64,000 bases of DNA from Marsupella aquatica (lineage: Eukaryota > Plantae > Marchantiophyta): the NCBI GenBank assembly GCA_973895155.1, contig OZ316893.1, positions 9,177,839 through 9,241,838 of the forward strand, given 5' to 3'. The translations under genes were made by a program, and so were the position numbers. Below the pieces are notes generated by a model. The model was not told the DNA's origin and searched no databases. It worked only from the letters and a program-made list of their open reading frames with translations. Below are positions 1 through 12,442 of this stretch, in pieces. Position 1 is the stretch's first letter, and the number at the start of each line of letters is the position of its first letter.

Positions 1-128
1 CAAGATTGCAAGGTTTAAGCTTGTTGACTGCTTGCACTTCTCAGTACCGAGGATGTGGCTGCAATGTGCCTGGAATTGCTGATTGTTCTGTCTCCATTGT
101 AACTTTGGTGCTATGTGGATAATATCAG

Positions 129-2326
129 GAAGCAAGGAATGCCATACGATTTAGGAAACTATATGGAGACAGAGCAGATGTTCTGGTTCCTGGAATATAC
201 TGGGACTATGTTGGTACAAAGGTGTTGACCATGGAGTGGGTTGATGGTGTAAAACTCAGTGATCAAGCTGTCATTCAGCAACAGGGGCTCGACATAATTA
301 AGCTTGTAGATATAGGTATCCAATGCAGTCTTCGGCAACTCCTTGAACATGGATATTTCCACGCAGATCCACACCCTGGAAATCTTCTGGCAACTCCTGA
401 TGGCAGACTGGCGTTTCTGGACTTTGGCATGATGAGTGAGACTCCTGAGCTGGCGCGGTTTGCAATCATTGGTCATGTTGTACATCTTGTCAACCGTGAC
501 TATGAAGCTATGGCTCGTGACTATTACGCATTGGATTTTTTGGAGCCCGATGTTGATGTTACACCAATTGTCCCTGCCTTGAAAAACTTCTTTGATGATG
601 TGCTGACTGCCACTGTCAGTGAACTAAACTTCAAAACAATAGTCGATGGACTTGGCGCTGTTCTATACCAATATCCTTTTAATGGTATGGAGTTCAAACT
701 TTCTCCTCTACTTACATTTGTTTTTTCCCAAATTGAAGTAGTTGTCCTAATTGTCAGAAATTGAGCCATCCCCAACACTACCATGAGAAGCACTTCGCGA
801 CATATGCAATTCTTCAGTCATTTATTATGTCAAGAAATTACTCTGGGTTTCGATGGTTAGGTTCACAACTGGATAACACGTTTTGCTGCATTGCTGACTT
901 GTCTTTGGATGGCAGTGCCAGCCTACTATGCGCTTATATTAAGATCCCTAACAGTTTTGGAGGGACTAGCGCTTTTCACCGACCCAAATTTCAAAGTGCT
1001 TGCTGCATCATATCCATATTTTGCCAAAAGGCTACTCACTGATGGCAACCCTTACTTGCGAGATTCTCTAATTGAGCTTTTGTTCAAGGATGGCAGCTTC
1101 AGGTGAAGGAAATTTAGTTTGGAACTCGCTGGTGTTTCATGCCAGTATTATCGTGATGCTATGAGGTTTATTGGTCCACGCCTTGAAAACGATATAAGCG
1201 GGTCCATAGATCACTAGAGATTGTCAAATCCCTCTAGGTAATGCAATGCAGTTATGCAACCGTGTGCCACAATCAGAGAAATTGAGCTTCCTGCTGAATC
1301 CTGACGGGAAGGGTCTAAGGATTGTATGTTGCTGGTCTAATGGCAGGAAACCGTCCTGGATCAAGTTTTGAAATGACACCTTATGTTGATGTTTCTATTG
1401 TCATGGTTTGCAGATGGAATAGACTAGAGAACCTACTTGTACAAGGAAGTAAAGACTCGGACTACAGAGCATCTGACGTGATGCAGCCGGTCCTCAACCT
1501 TTTGTTGGGGGAAGGGGGCGAGGAGCTAAGAAAGTTGGTAGAAAAAGAGGCAATTCGAGTAACAGAGGCCCTGGTGGTTGGCACAGCTATAGAAGGTTAC
1601 AGAACAGTGCCACAGCCGCTACGGGCGATATTGGGGAGTAATCTTGTGCGAGTTAAAGACAGTGAAGAGGCTTCCATCCTCGCTCTTAGAGCTCAAGTGT
1701 TGAGAATATGGGGATTGCTTCGCAGCTCAAGTGGGTTCGACCCAGCCATGCTACAGCCAATAGTCGAGGTATCCCTCTACCTTAACTCCTCCTGGGCGTT
1801 TCCTAGATCTAGTAGGACACCAGTCACCTCCCACATGTGGCCCCAAGATGGAAAATAAAACACCTACAGTGGATCATAGATGCACCACCTAGCGAAATGG
1901 AACTCTAGGCAAGCTAATCAACTCATACCATATCTCCTAATGCACAAAGGGGACTCAATGCAGATGTTTGATTCTCTACTGCATGTTCTAGATGTCTCCC
2001 ATCCAGAAATGAAATCTGGTACGACATCTAGAGCATGGGAAACTGAAACCTTAGAGCTCGGTTTTGTAGATGAAGAGCTTGTCAAGAAGCGTATGTAAGT
2101 TGAAAGTTCCCTTTATGTCACACAACCAATAAGAATGCCACCTGTATTGTGGGACATGTTGTCGGTCCTTGAGTTCTAACTTCCCTCCATTTCCAAACAG
2201 GTTCTCCGGATTCCAGAAGCTCAGGCTATGGGAGGCCGAGTTGCTGGAGGAATAACACGTCGCCTTGCAGCAAGGGCTCTGCAGCAACTTTTACGGCCGC
2301 CCTCATCTCCTGCTGCCCCAGCTTAA
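129..2326 (+). CDS. ABC1K3: ABC1/UbiB atypical kinase, plastid ABC1K3-like; 3' four exons (129-684, 916-1102, 1414-1768, 2201-2326); 5' exons lie upstream of the window
   Basis: VLTMEW, FHADPHPGN and LDFGMM motifs. GT..AG introns keep the frame (N-V, F-R-W, E-V joins). The final exon reads VLRIPEAQAMGGRVAGGITRRLAARALQQLLRPPSSPAAPA*, typical of ABC1K3. Subfamily assignment is from recollection, not a search. Confidence 0.88.
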
Positions 2327-3149
2327 GTACACACATTAGTCATAGCTAGCATAGAAATCAGCTGTGATCGTAGCGTCTTTCATGGCTACTATAGCAATGA
2401 GGCACAATCTTTGGCTGTGTCGAATGGGAGACACAAGCTGATACAAGCTGCAAGGTCTGCGTGTCATTTTTTTAATTCAATGTACAATAGTAGCAGTCTG
2501 CAGAATTCTAATTTTAAAGGGAACGGTGTCTTGCTTGGTATTAAGTCTGAAATTCCGGGTTTGTCATACGTACACGGATCCGTAGGACTTGACCTCCCAT
2601 TACTTGACCTCACTTTGTCCCCAAAATCTCTACCACGGCTACGTTACCACGCATTCAATTGTAAATTTTGAGGTCCCAGTACTTGCCCTCGCTTAGTTCT
2701 ATCAATTTTGGTCTGTTTGTTTCATGTCTTCAAACATGTCCAATAGAGATCAAGTATTGAATTGGTACGACCACCGCTGTCGATTAGATGTCAGTTGGCA
2801 GATTGAGCTTCTTAGCTGCATCCATCAGAATCGCAATTGCTGGCAAAGCTATTGTTGAACTTGTTTGCATCGTCAGTCAATCGCTTGCAAGAGTAATGAT
2901 CCCTCGAGCAACAGGTAATCACCAGATGCACAACACCGGCATGTTTTATGTTATTACTGATTTAGCTCAATGTCTACATTGCAGCAACAGTAGTAATTAA
3001 TTGATGATCTGAAACAGTTGCTGCGATGTGGCCATTGAGCTCAATTAGTAATTACATAGCATTCCTGTCATGAGTTCAATTAGCAATTACTTTATAGTAT
3101 CCCTGTGACCCGGGCGATGTGTTGAGATTGAAACACATTGTTGGTCTCC

Positions 3150-4165
3150 TCGTCATTTATCGATTCTTGCTGTTCCATCCTCATCATTCCATCGCCCATT
3201 TCTGCCAGATTTGACAATCCATGTCGTCAAGCCTCTATATGATCGACCCCCGGTGTACAGTAAGTATTCCTAACATATGCAATCTGTTGCTCGTTCAAGA
3301 TCTTGGTGGTGCCCTCATGGCACGGATAGACATCATATCCAGCACACTTACTCCAATCGAACAGGTCGAAATCATACCAACCGGATACCGTCTGGTACTT
3401 AAAGCAGCATATATTGCCTTGTCGTGAACATGACTGAGCATGGTTTTCTGTAGAGTCGTGTGCGTGATGAGATTAACAGCCAACTGAGTCGGTAAAGAAC
3501 GCAAATCTCCAGCGACACCCAGATCAGGACCATCTGGACTCTTGGTGATCAACATATCCAGAACCTCTCGAAAAGCGCCTTCACGAAGAACCCATCCTGA
3601 TGCGCCAATGCCAGACTTCCAACATTTGGATTTTTGGATTGCTGATCATAATTCGCTCGATTAATTAAGGCATCGGCGCCTGGACACGGATACGTGCTGT
3701 TGGCGAAGACGTTGGTCTCCAAAACGAGCTGCATCATGGCAATCCAATCCGCCATTTGACACTTTTAGCCCATCCATTACATGCCCTGGGATATGTTTCT
3801 CTGGCTAAAGTATAGGTAGTGTCCCCGACCAGAAACACATGAATTCATCGTACATGCGAAACGATCGACCGTTTGTTCCTAAGACGATTTTGAAGAGCCT
3901 GAGCTTCTGCTTCGACCGTCTTGCGAAATGGACCGGCCTCAGTGCAGCAGTTTCTGAGCACCATCGCACGGCGACCAGCCGTGAGCCGACAATGGTGGAC
4001 AAGATTGTGACGATGGAAAGAGTTGAGGGCCGTCGGGAATGGTTCGATGTTAGCTTCATAGCCGCAGGGACCGAGCTGCAGCGCGTTGAGACAATCGAAA
4101 TAATTGGGGAAATCTGAACAGTTCACAGCAAATTTGTCGCACGTGCCAACCGACCTGCACACCTG
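3150..4165 (-). pseudogene. Degraded F-box/kelch-like gene remnant (tentative)
   Basis: Broken frames with stops. Fragments such as RLFKIVLGTNGRSFRMYDE..W and RLHMLG...I*RLDDMDCQIWQK resemble the FKxV/YDS..W and IWxLD..W segments of plant F-box C-terminal domains. Confidence 0.3.
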
Positions 4166-4505
4166 TACTAGAAGGAACAGCCGTCCGAGAACGGAGAACT
4201 CCGAAGTGGAAACTCTGAGGGAGTGCTTTTGAAGCTATGCCCAGAAAATCTGGAGTTCATGAAAGCTCAATACGCAAATTCTCTCAAGTAAAAGACAAAA
4301 AAAATCTACGGAGACTATCGATTGAGCAATAATTACATTGACTTGTGGCCTGAGATGAATGGAAGACGTCCACCTTCCTTCAATTAACATGACGTCTATC
4401 CTCCAGATTTCTCAAACCGTGGCATCTCTTTTTGCCTTCAGCTTTAGTTCTTAATTAGTTGTTTTGGCATATCTTATAACGTGAATGTATGTAACAATCC
4501 TCTAA

Positions 4506-4534
4506 TCTTATCCCATCTTATCCCATCTTATCCC
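4506..4534. repeat. 10-bp tandem repeat (TCTTATCCCA) x3
   Basis: Directly visible. The reverse strand carries GATAAG three times. Confidence 0.85.
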
Positions 4535-4682
4535 TTCATAACATACATATACCAGATTACAGTATGTCTAGGAACACAGATTTGCTTCCATTATTGGTTA
4601 TAAAAAATTAATTATGCTTGGGTGTATGTAGAGGGAGCGTACATGCCCTACATCTAACTCAAAGGCAGTCTCTTATCTGCTG

Positions 4683-4920
4683 AGGTATGGAGGCTTGTTT
4701 GCCCAATAACATTATTTTTTTTGTGTTGTCACGTAATTAGTAAAATGCAATACTGGACGAGAGCCGAAGCAGTCATCCAGAAGAGGACGAATAATAAGTA
4801 AAGGTATGGAGGCTTGTTTGCCCAATAACATTATTTTTTTGTTGTTGTCACGTAATTAGTAATATGCAATACTGGACGAGAGCCGAAGCAGTCATCCAGA
4901 AGAGGACGAATAATAAGTAA
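4683..4920. repeat. ~119-bp direct tandem duplication
   Basis: AGGTATGGAGGCTTGTTTGCCC...GAATAATAAGTAA at 4683 and again at 4802, nearly identical. Confidence 0.95.
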
Positions 4921-5199
4921 TGGCTGGGACTAGTTGTATGAAAATAGACTTGAGAAAACTTGGACTCTGTATTATACATCACTGCATCGAGCCCACCAAA
5001 TACTGTGGATATTGTACCATGGAAGATCTGGCCAGCCAAGCCCTGGTCAGTTCTAAAACGTTTGACCCATGCACGGCTGGCCATCGCTCTGTCATGGCAC
5101 CAGCAGCTCTCGTTTATAGTACACAAACAAAGCTCAATTTTCTGTATTTGTGTGTGATCGTAGTGCTCACTTTCCCTGTCCTCTGTGCTTGTTGCTGTG

Positions 5200-6400
5200 T
5201 CAAAATGCTTCCTCATTTTCAATTGGCAATAGAGCCTGCACTCGGTGTCCACTCTCGAGGTCGGTGAAGTTTTGCAAGCTGGCATTTAGAGTGATTAGAT
5301 TCCCAGCCTCATTCCTGACAGGAAACCTCACCGGAGCATGGCACAGCGTATTAGATCCATTGAAGAGAGCATTTTCTTCTAGACTCAAAAGTGCGAACAT
5401 CCTCCAGAAGATCTCAGTTGCAATCTCCAAACCTGGTTGATTTGTCTTTATCTCATGAATTGGATCGGAATCATGACCATTTGAGTTGTATATAGATATG
5501 ATTGGTTCGTTCCCTTGCTCTCCTTTAAGATCTATTCTTAGATACTATCCCACCTCAATCCAACAACAAACTAATGCATCAACGAAGGAAGTTAAGGAGA
5601 AGCTAGTTCCCTCAACAATAAGGACCACGAAATCGAGGGAGCTTGAATGCTCTGTTCGTTGCCGCTGCACGCTACAGAACGACAGGAAACAGAGAAGGAG
5701 AGCACATCCATCAAGGGTACGTAGACGACAATCTGAAAACAAAGGTGGACCTAAACCGCTTTAGCAGATTAGTTCCACTGCGGAATTCGTGACAATTGTT
5801 CAGGGCTCTCCAGCAAGTTTTCTTTACAAAGCTATTAGACCCTGAAGAATGAAACTCTGGCCAATTTTCCAATTAGGGTTGCAGATACGAAAATTTCAGT
5901 GACTATCATAATTTTAAGTTCGCGACGGTATGAAAAATTAGAGAGTAAGAAGTCTTCCGGTCATACACTCTGTCTTCAGTACCAATTATGTCTTGGATTT
6001 GCAATCTAAAGGAATGGATCATTGAAAGTAAAATTGGTGACAAACCACGACTCTTTCACCGAACTCGGTACCATAGTGACTCGAACTTTGGCTCCTATTG
6101 GACAACAATCACTCAACTGTTCAGTCTCGCAGTTGAGATGATATGGGCATCCAGTCATTTGTTAGAAGATTACACACAGACCTACGATATTTACAGTCTC
6201 GCTTCTGTTTGCGAAAGGTTCTAGAATATTTCCAAAGCAATTTGGTCCTCTCAGGCCATAGAAAGCAAATTCTGCGGCTTGGGAAGGAAAGAGATTGCCT
6301 GAAATGGGAAGCTTAACATCGACAGGAATCGATGGTCATCATCGTCCAGATCTAGTTTTAGCGAGTGATTTGTGATCAGGATGGTCCGCTATAGTCATGC
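5200..6400 (-). pseudogene. Degraded F-box protein gene
   Basis: Minus strand gives ISFLPKPQNLLSMA, SVCNLLTNDWMPI (about 6180-6140; matches the VCNPLTxxWxxLP hallmark), HSFRLQ..TEDRVYDRKT and FVVG/QVWRL, interrupted by stops and frameshifts. Confidence 0.45.
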
Positions 6401-6749
6401 AAGTTTGAAAGAAACTACTACCTTAGATTGTCCTGTTCATGCCATCTATTGTGATTTTAACATTGAGATCATGTCATCACATCCATTGCCCGCACATGCG
6501 CAGGGTGTGCCGGCTGAACTTAAGATATAACGCTGGGCCTAAAGTTGTGTCATTAGAATTACCCTTACATACATCTTCCTAAAAACGACCTGTCGTTCTA
6601 GACAATAAAGTCTTAGTCAAACACTTTCTCATGTATTCTACATGCTTCTGCGTGTAATTGTGGTCATCGGTGACTTTCTGCAGGCCACGATCGCCCCTGT
6701 TATTTCCCCAAGACAAGAAATGGAGAAGCAGACATAATTTACACAATCA

Positions 6750-8727
6750 TCAACCTCGCCCCAGCCCAGGTCTGATGGCAAGTAAGATTGCAATTCCAAG
6801 AAGTACCAACAACGGCATCTTGCCTCCTGGAAGCAAAGGCTTATGTTTTGTTGATGGTGTTGAACCCCTGTGGAAGCAATCACAGCCAAGCCACGTCAGT
6901 ACAGTGATCCGATGGTCTTTGCAGCTGGCAAACATGATACTCCGAAATGAATCAGTAATTTTGGTCGGACAGCATCAAATTCATTAGTCACAAACAAAAA
7001 TTAAAAATTTGTATCGGGACGAAGTTGTATAGGGTTTACCCTCCCCAGAGCTAGGTGATACAGTTCAGATGTAGAACACTTCCACACAAAAACAGCTTCC
7101 CAACCCATTTCATAGAGACTTACTCCGTGGCTTGACGGTATCGATAAATCCAAGCCATAACTGGAGGCAGGATTCCAAACAAGAAGCAATTGGCATAAAT
7201 GCCAGCAAAGTCGACTGATGAAGCAAAGGCTGTAGGCCAGAAAACAGCAATGGCAGTAGGTGGAGCAAGAGCCCAGATCAGGGGTTCCGAGTATGGGGTT
7301 CTTATTACACCATTGTCCACCTTTTCTGCACTCTTCAATGTGACATCAAAAACATTTTTCTTACGGAAAAGTTGAAAGGCATCCCCCAATTGCTTTGGAA
7401 AGCTGAGGGCATACCCAATGAGAGTGGTACCAAGAGCTGAAAAGGCAAAGGCTTGAACAAATGATGCAGCAGATTTAGTTACAGATAACAGAAGCTTTAT
7501 GGGATCCAGTGACGTTGAATGAGGCGGAGCTAGCCCAAGAACAACTCCGTTCCAAGCCAAAACCATTGCCAGCGGTATAGCACCACCTACAACAATGGCT
7601 CGTCTTGCAGCTTCAGGCTTTCCCCCAACTACTTTACAAATCACAGGTGTTATCACATGGAACCCTAGTGTGAGCACAGTGACAGGCACGGCTTGAAGAA
7701 CTGAACTAACAGGTATCACATTGTTAGGATACTGATGTGCACCCCACAGCTCGCGGCCTGCATAGATTCCCAGACCCACCAAACTCGTGATAGCAGTGAT
7801 CATCAACCCACACAGCCCTCTATTCACACCATCCACGACCTTGAATGGAGCAAATGCCACAATCACTCCTACGACGGCTGCACTAGTTGCACTCAGGAGT
7901 GGCACAGAACAGGGTAGTGACAGCCAGGCTTGAATAATCGACCCAAGCCCTGCAATGCAAGCTACTAAAAGGGCATAATTTTGGCTCGCATAAACCACTG
8001 CAACAGCACAAGCTCCATAGTATCCCAGAGTGTGCGACACTAACCCGGTGAAGCTGACTTCCTCCTGCCCTTTTTCAGCCATCAGCGCACAGCTGAGCTC
8101 TGCCACCAGCAGAATTGACGCGGTGACATAGGCCCAGGCTGCGAGTATCATCAAGCTGGAAGCCTGCAATCCTGCTGGAAGAGTTGCAGCTGGTAGACCC
8201 AATATCCCTGGTCCGACAGCAGTTCCCATTATCAACCCAACTGCTGAAACCAGCTTCCCATAAGCATCCTGCTGGGTACCATCTCCTTCTCCAAACGCTG
8301 GCTCAGCAGGCTCCCTATCAGCATCACCTTGGGGATCTGTAAATCCTCCCAGTCTTGCTACAATTAGTCCAATTCGCCGCTCAGCAATGAGCACATTTTG
8401 GACAAAGTGCTTCTTCTCATTAAGAGGGAATTCTCTCCGTGGCCACCTGCTCAGACCAACAAACTTTTCAGAAATTAGTACTGGCAATCTCACCGGCTTG
8501 GAAACCAATGCCGCCGGGGAGAACATTGTTTTGATTACTATTGAAGGCAAAAATCCCATAAACTTTTGTTCTGCTCGGCAATCTGTTGCGTAACTGTGAT
8601 TCTGCACAGAGAGTGGAGATGGGCTGCTTTCTCCTCCAATCGAAGTTCGCTTCGCTCCACTGTTAGTACTGCTTACAGGAGAAACGCTACCCCAAATAGA
8701 TTGTAGTGAGGACGATGCAGAGAGCAT
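6750..8727 (-). CDS. Tryptophan/tyrosine permease family (TyrP-like) aromatic amino-acid transporter with probable plastid transit peptide; exons 8727-7124 and 6867-6750
   Basis: GTAVGPGILGLP N-terminal motif, multiple TM helices and a Ser-rich N-terminal extension. The apparent stop sits in a GA|GTAAGT donor. Splicing to CCACAG|G at 6867 restores the frame and adds GSTPSTKHKPLLPGGKMPLLVLLGIAILLAIRPGLGRG*, the family's final PGG-plus-TM helix. Confidence 0.88.
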
Positions 8728-9017
8728 AGCGGGTCAGGAATTGGGGAAGAAAGGTTTGGCGGTGGTTCGCTAGGCTTTCTTACCGGTATGACCTCATGGA
8801 TTAATTAGATGAAGTAACGTCAAATGAAGCTCACACTTAACAGCATGTGAGCTAAGCTGCTCTTATGTGTAATGACTAGGCTTGGTGTACCATGGTCAGT
8901 TACCATGGAGGAGAAGCAGAAAAACACGAAATGCGTTACGTTACTTAGATTTCCACTGTACTCAAGGTGCATGAATCGGCCAGGGTCCATTACTCCAGGC
9001 CATCGCGCAAATCGTAT

Positions 9018-9312
9018 GCAGGGTGGTAAATGGGGATCCCATAGAGTGTTTCTCGAGCCTCAACTCGCTTCGGGGACGCATCTCCTCATTGGAGCTACTT
9101 TGCCATGTACAGGACCCTGTGCTGACACGATGCCAGACTGTCCCGGAGGTTCAAAGGATGATCGGTTCCTAAGAAGAAGCTCGGCCTTTTAACCATTGTC
9201 AAGCATTTGCGTGAAACCTTAAACGGACAAAATGAAGTTCAAATGCGTTATGGCACATCCTGCCCTAAATGTTCCGTGAGCATAGGTTGAAGAACAGTCT
9301 ACTCCCTCAGAG
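9018..9312. repeat. Dispersed repeat homologous to 31288-31912
   Basis: Shared blocks GCAGGGTGGTAA..GGATCCC, GCATCTCCTC..TTTGCCATGTACAG, TGCCAGACTGTCCC, GATGATCGGTTCCT.AGAAGAAGCTCGGCC, ACAGTCTACT and CCCTCAGAG. Confidence 0.85.
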
Positions 9313-9495
9313 AATCCTAAAATTTAGCGTTGGGTTTGTCAAATTTCAGTCATGTACTCTATGGAAAGGGTCAATAATACCCAGTTTGAGTACGAAATAT
9401 AATGCTCATCCAGGTTCAGGACCAGGCAGACTTTGTTGCAGCAACTATGATAGGCATGCAATGGGAGAGAGAAAGGCTATCGATGGCAAATGTAA

Positions 9496-9665
9496 TTTTG
9501 ACACCGCGAAAGTAGCAAAACAAGCCCATTTCCCTTCTTGAGCTTGGGGATATAATTCAACTCAATACTCAATGACCTTTTGACACCGCGAAAGTAGGAA
9601 AACTTCTCTTACAGTTAACAAGCCCACCTTCCCTTCTTGAACTTGGGGATCTGATTAACTCAATT
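9496..9665. repeat. Imperfect direct duplication (about 70-85 bp)
   Basis: TTTTGACACCGCGAAAGTAG...ACAAGCCCA..TTCCCTTCTTGA.CTTGGGGAT..AACTCAAT occurs twice. Confidence 0.8.
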
Positions 9666-10279
9666 TCAATTCCGGACGCTTCAAAGTTTATACAGATACC
9701 ACTTGATCCATAATGGTAATCCAGGCTTGTGCAGACGACGACACAATTAAGTGGAATGTATCGTAGCAATTTACAAAGCGCTAAGGCGGACAAGATAAAG
9801 GAGCTCGCAACGGACGAGGGTCAAGCGACGACAAAGAGCCTACGAGAAATTCAATTCCAGACAAAAAAGTCCAAAGAACATAAGGATGGCACCTTCAGCT
9901 GAATGTCAGGACGAATGTCCATGACAGTGAAATAGCATCGCTACTGTGGTATGTCTATAATGAATTAATGTTGGTAATCCTCTAGCACTGATGTAATGGA
10001 CAACGTCCTCCAGCTGTTGTTAGGACGAATGTCCGAGAGAATACTACAGCGTTGCTACCGCAAGCCTGTACTCCAAGCATTTGTATTTATCTATCAAAAC
10101 CTTTTTGAGTATTTCTACCTCATCCTCTCAATCGGCTGGCTTCCTAGATTGCGAAGCACGGCCGAGCTCGACATATAGTTCATCAACGAATCCGAGTGTG
10201 TAAAGCTGCGATCATTGTCTGCTTGCTACTGTTGCCAAAGTTTTTAGTGTAATGGCAGCTCCTGCCCTAGAATCGTACC

Positions 10280-11332
10280 CTACACATTGTAATTTTCTAC
10301 ATACCATTTGTATGTGTCAATGAGACCTTGCTTGAGAGGAGTCTTTGCCTTCCATCCCAAGCCGGCCAGCTTCGAGCTGTCCATGAGTTTTCTTGGCGTG
10401 CCATCGGGTTTGGATGCATCCCACTGAAGGTCCCCTTGGAACCCCACCACCTCCCTCACGAGCTCAGCGAGCTCCTTGATGGTCACCTCCTTCCCACTCC
10501 CGATGTTGATGTGGGGCAAGTCACTGTAGTTCTGCATGAGGAAAAGAGCAGCATCGGCAAGGTCATCCGCATGCAGAAACTCGCGCAGGGGTGTGCCACT
10601 TCCCCACACGATGACCTCCTTTGCGCCGCTTTTCTTGGCCTCGTGGAATCGTCTCACCAATGCAGGCAGCACATGCGAATCCTCCGGATGGAAGTTGTCA
10701 TGAGGCCCGTACAAGTTCGTTGGCATTGCTGATACGCAATCCCAATTGTATTGTAACCGGTAGGCCTGCCCCATCTTGATCCCGGCAATTTTGGCAATGG
10801 CATACCACTCGTTGGTACCTTCCAGAGGGCCTGTGAGCAGAGCCTCCTCTGTGATGGGTTGGGGGGCAAACTTGGGATAAATGCATGATGATCCAAGAAA
10901 CAGCAGCTTCTTCACTCCACTCTTGTAAGCTGAATCGATCACATTGGTCTGAATTTGCAAATTGATGGCGATGAACTCAGCAGGATAGGTGTTGTTGGCG
11001 TGAATTCCGCCCACCTTGGCTGCTGCAATGATGGCATAGTCGGGCCTCTCTTCTTCGAAGAATTTCTCCACGTCCGCTTGTCGGGTCAGATCGAGCTCCT
11101 TGTGAGTTCTCACGAGTAAGTTGTGATAACCCTGCTTCTTCAGAGCCCGCACAATGGCCGCTCCGACCAAGCCTGCGTGCCCTGCAACGTAAATTTTCGC
11201 ATCCTTCTCCATGAGTAAGCGCTGAGTGCAATTGGCTCCCTCGCCAGTATCCAACTTGGAGGCTCCATCCAACGATCCATTACTGCCAGCAGTATGGGAC
11301 AACCCATTGTTGGCACCCTTCTCCATGACCAT
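10280..11332 (-). CDS. GER1: GDP-L-fucose synthase (GDP-4-keto-6-deoxymannose 3,5-epimerase/4-reductase), intronless CDS, 350 aa
   Basis: [10 protein letters not shown] Rossmann motif, [24 protein letters not shown] catalytic motif, PTNLYGP and [13 protein letters not shown] acceptor lies 2 nt before the ATG (5'UTR intron). GER1 versus GER2 cannot be resolved. Confidence 0.95.
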   Translation of the reverse strand: MVMEKGANNGLSHTAGSNGSLDGASKLDTGEGANCTQRLLMEKDAKIYVAGHAGLVGAAIVRALKKQGYHNLLVRTHKELDLTRQADVEKFFEEERPDYAIIAAAKVGGIHANNTYPAEFIAINLQIQTNVIDSAYKSGVKKLLFLGSSCIYPKFAPQPITEEALLTGPLEGTNEWYAIAKIAGIKMGQAYRLQYNWDCVSAMPTNLYGPHDNFHPEDSHVLPALVRRFHEAKKSGAKEVIVWGSGTPLREFLHADDLADAALFLMQNYSDLPHINIGSGKEVTIKELAELVREVVGFQGDLQWDASKPDGTPRKLMDSSKLAGLGWKAKTPLKQGLIDTYKWYVENYNV

Positions 11333-11657
11333 ACCTGAGCAGCAGAAGTGAGTACCGACTAATTAATTCTACCCGACTCGAATCAAAATTGGACGCTGCG
11401 AGGTCCGGGATCTGAGCCGGGATCTGAGAGGCTGGCCGCCTAATTGCAGATCCTCACCAAATCCTGCAGATGGAATCCTGTGGGGTGATCCGCGGTACCA
11501 AAAAACCATGTAAGGGCAGGAGATGGGCAGAAAACCCTCACATCACTTCACATTTCGTGCCGGCAGGCGTGTACCTCGTTCCCATTGCAAGCACCCTAGC
11601 GCTGCTATGCACGAAAAGAACACGAGAACACGAGAACACGATGTATCAAATCCGTTC

Positions 11658-11948
11658 CGTCTCGAGACCAAGAGCGAACAAATTTACTCAACAAGGTCCA
11701 CGAAAGACAAGAAGGAAAAGAGGAGCGTCTCGAGACGACGAGAGCACAAAATTCACTGAACAGGGTCCACGAAAGGCAAGAAGAAAAAGAGGAGCGTCTC
11801 GAGACGAGGAGAGCACAAATTTACTCAACAGGGTCACGAAAAGACAAGAGCACAAAAGAGAAGCGTCTCGAGACGAAGAGAGAAACAAATTTACTGAACA
11901 AGGGTCAACGAAATTACACAGCAAAGAAAAAGAAATGTCTCGAGAGGG
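11658..11948. repeat. ~69-bp minisatellite (4+ units), each unit carrying the palindrome CGTCTCGAGACG, in the GER leader region
   Basis: Palindrome cores start at 11658, 11726, 11795, 11864 and 11936. The intervening sequences are homologous to one another. Confidence 0.9.
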
Positions 11949-12304
11949 CGAGAGTGAGCGAGCGCGAGATCCAAATTGCCATCGGAGAAGCAAGAAGGTC
12001 ACAGCAGCATTCTCAAAGGAGCGGAATGCGAAAGGGAAAGGAACGAGAGAGAGAGACAGCCAGACAGAGAGTGAGAGAAGCTGACGAAGGGCAGTGAGAG
12101 CTCAGCATCGCCGGGCCGGTAGTTAAAGGCGACAGAACCGGGATCTACCGGTGGCCGCATCGTGCCATCAGTTACGTTTGCGCCTTTCGAAACGTGCGAG
12201 GGAGTGGCCACCGGCAAGCGGGGATTGGACCATGCCGGTCGTCTCTCCCTAAGTGCACAAAAATGATGCTCCCGAGGACCGAGTCCGTGAACTATGTTAC
12301 ATGG

Positions 12305-12442
12305 ACCGTGCCACCTTTTACACCTCCCCTCATTACACCCTTTACACCATTATGCACTAGGGCATCTCAACCCACCGTGCCACCTTTTACACCTCCCCTC
12401 ATTACACCCTTTACACCATTATGCACTAGGGCATCTCAACCC
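12305..12442. repeat. Perfect 69-bp tandem duplication in the GER promoter region
   Basis: ACCGTGCCACCTTTTACACC...GGCATCTCAACCC at 12305 and 12374. Confidence 0.95.

Noticed and set aside
10328-11231. Overlapping alternative-frame and antisense ORFs in GER
   Set aside because: Shadow ORFs of a real GC-rich CDS.
11658-11948. CRISPR-like array of spaced palindromes
   Set aside because: The 'spacers' are homologous to each other, the context is a eukaryotic gene leader, and there are no cas genes. It is a minisatellite.
11470-12084. 204-aa Arg/Lys-rich ORF on the + strand
   Set aside because: It is antisense to the pyrimidine-rich GER leader and built from the 69-bp repeat, so the open frame is explained by composition.
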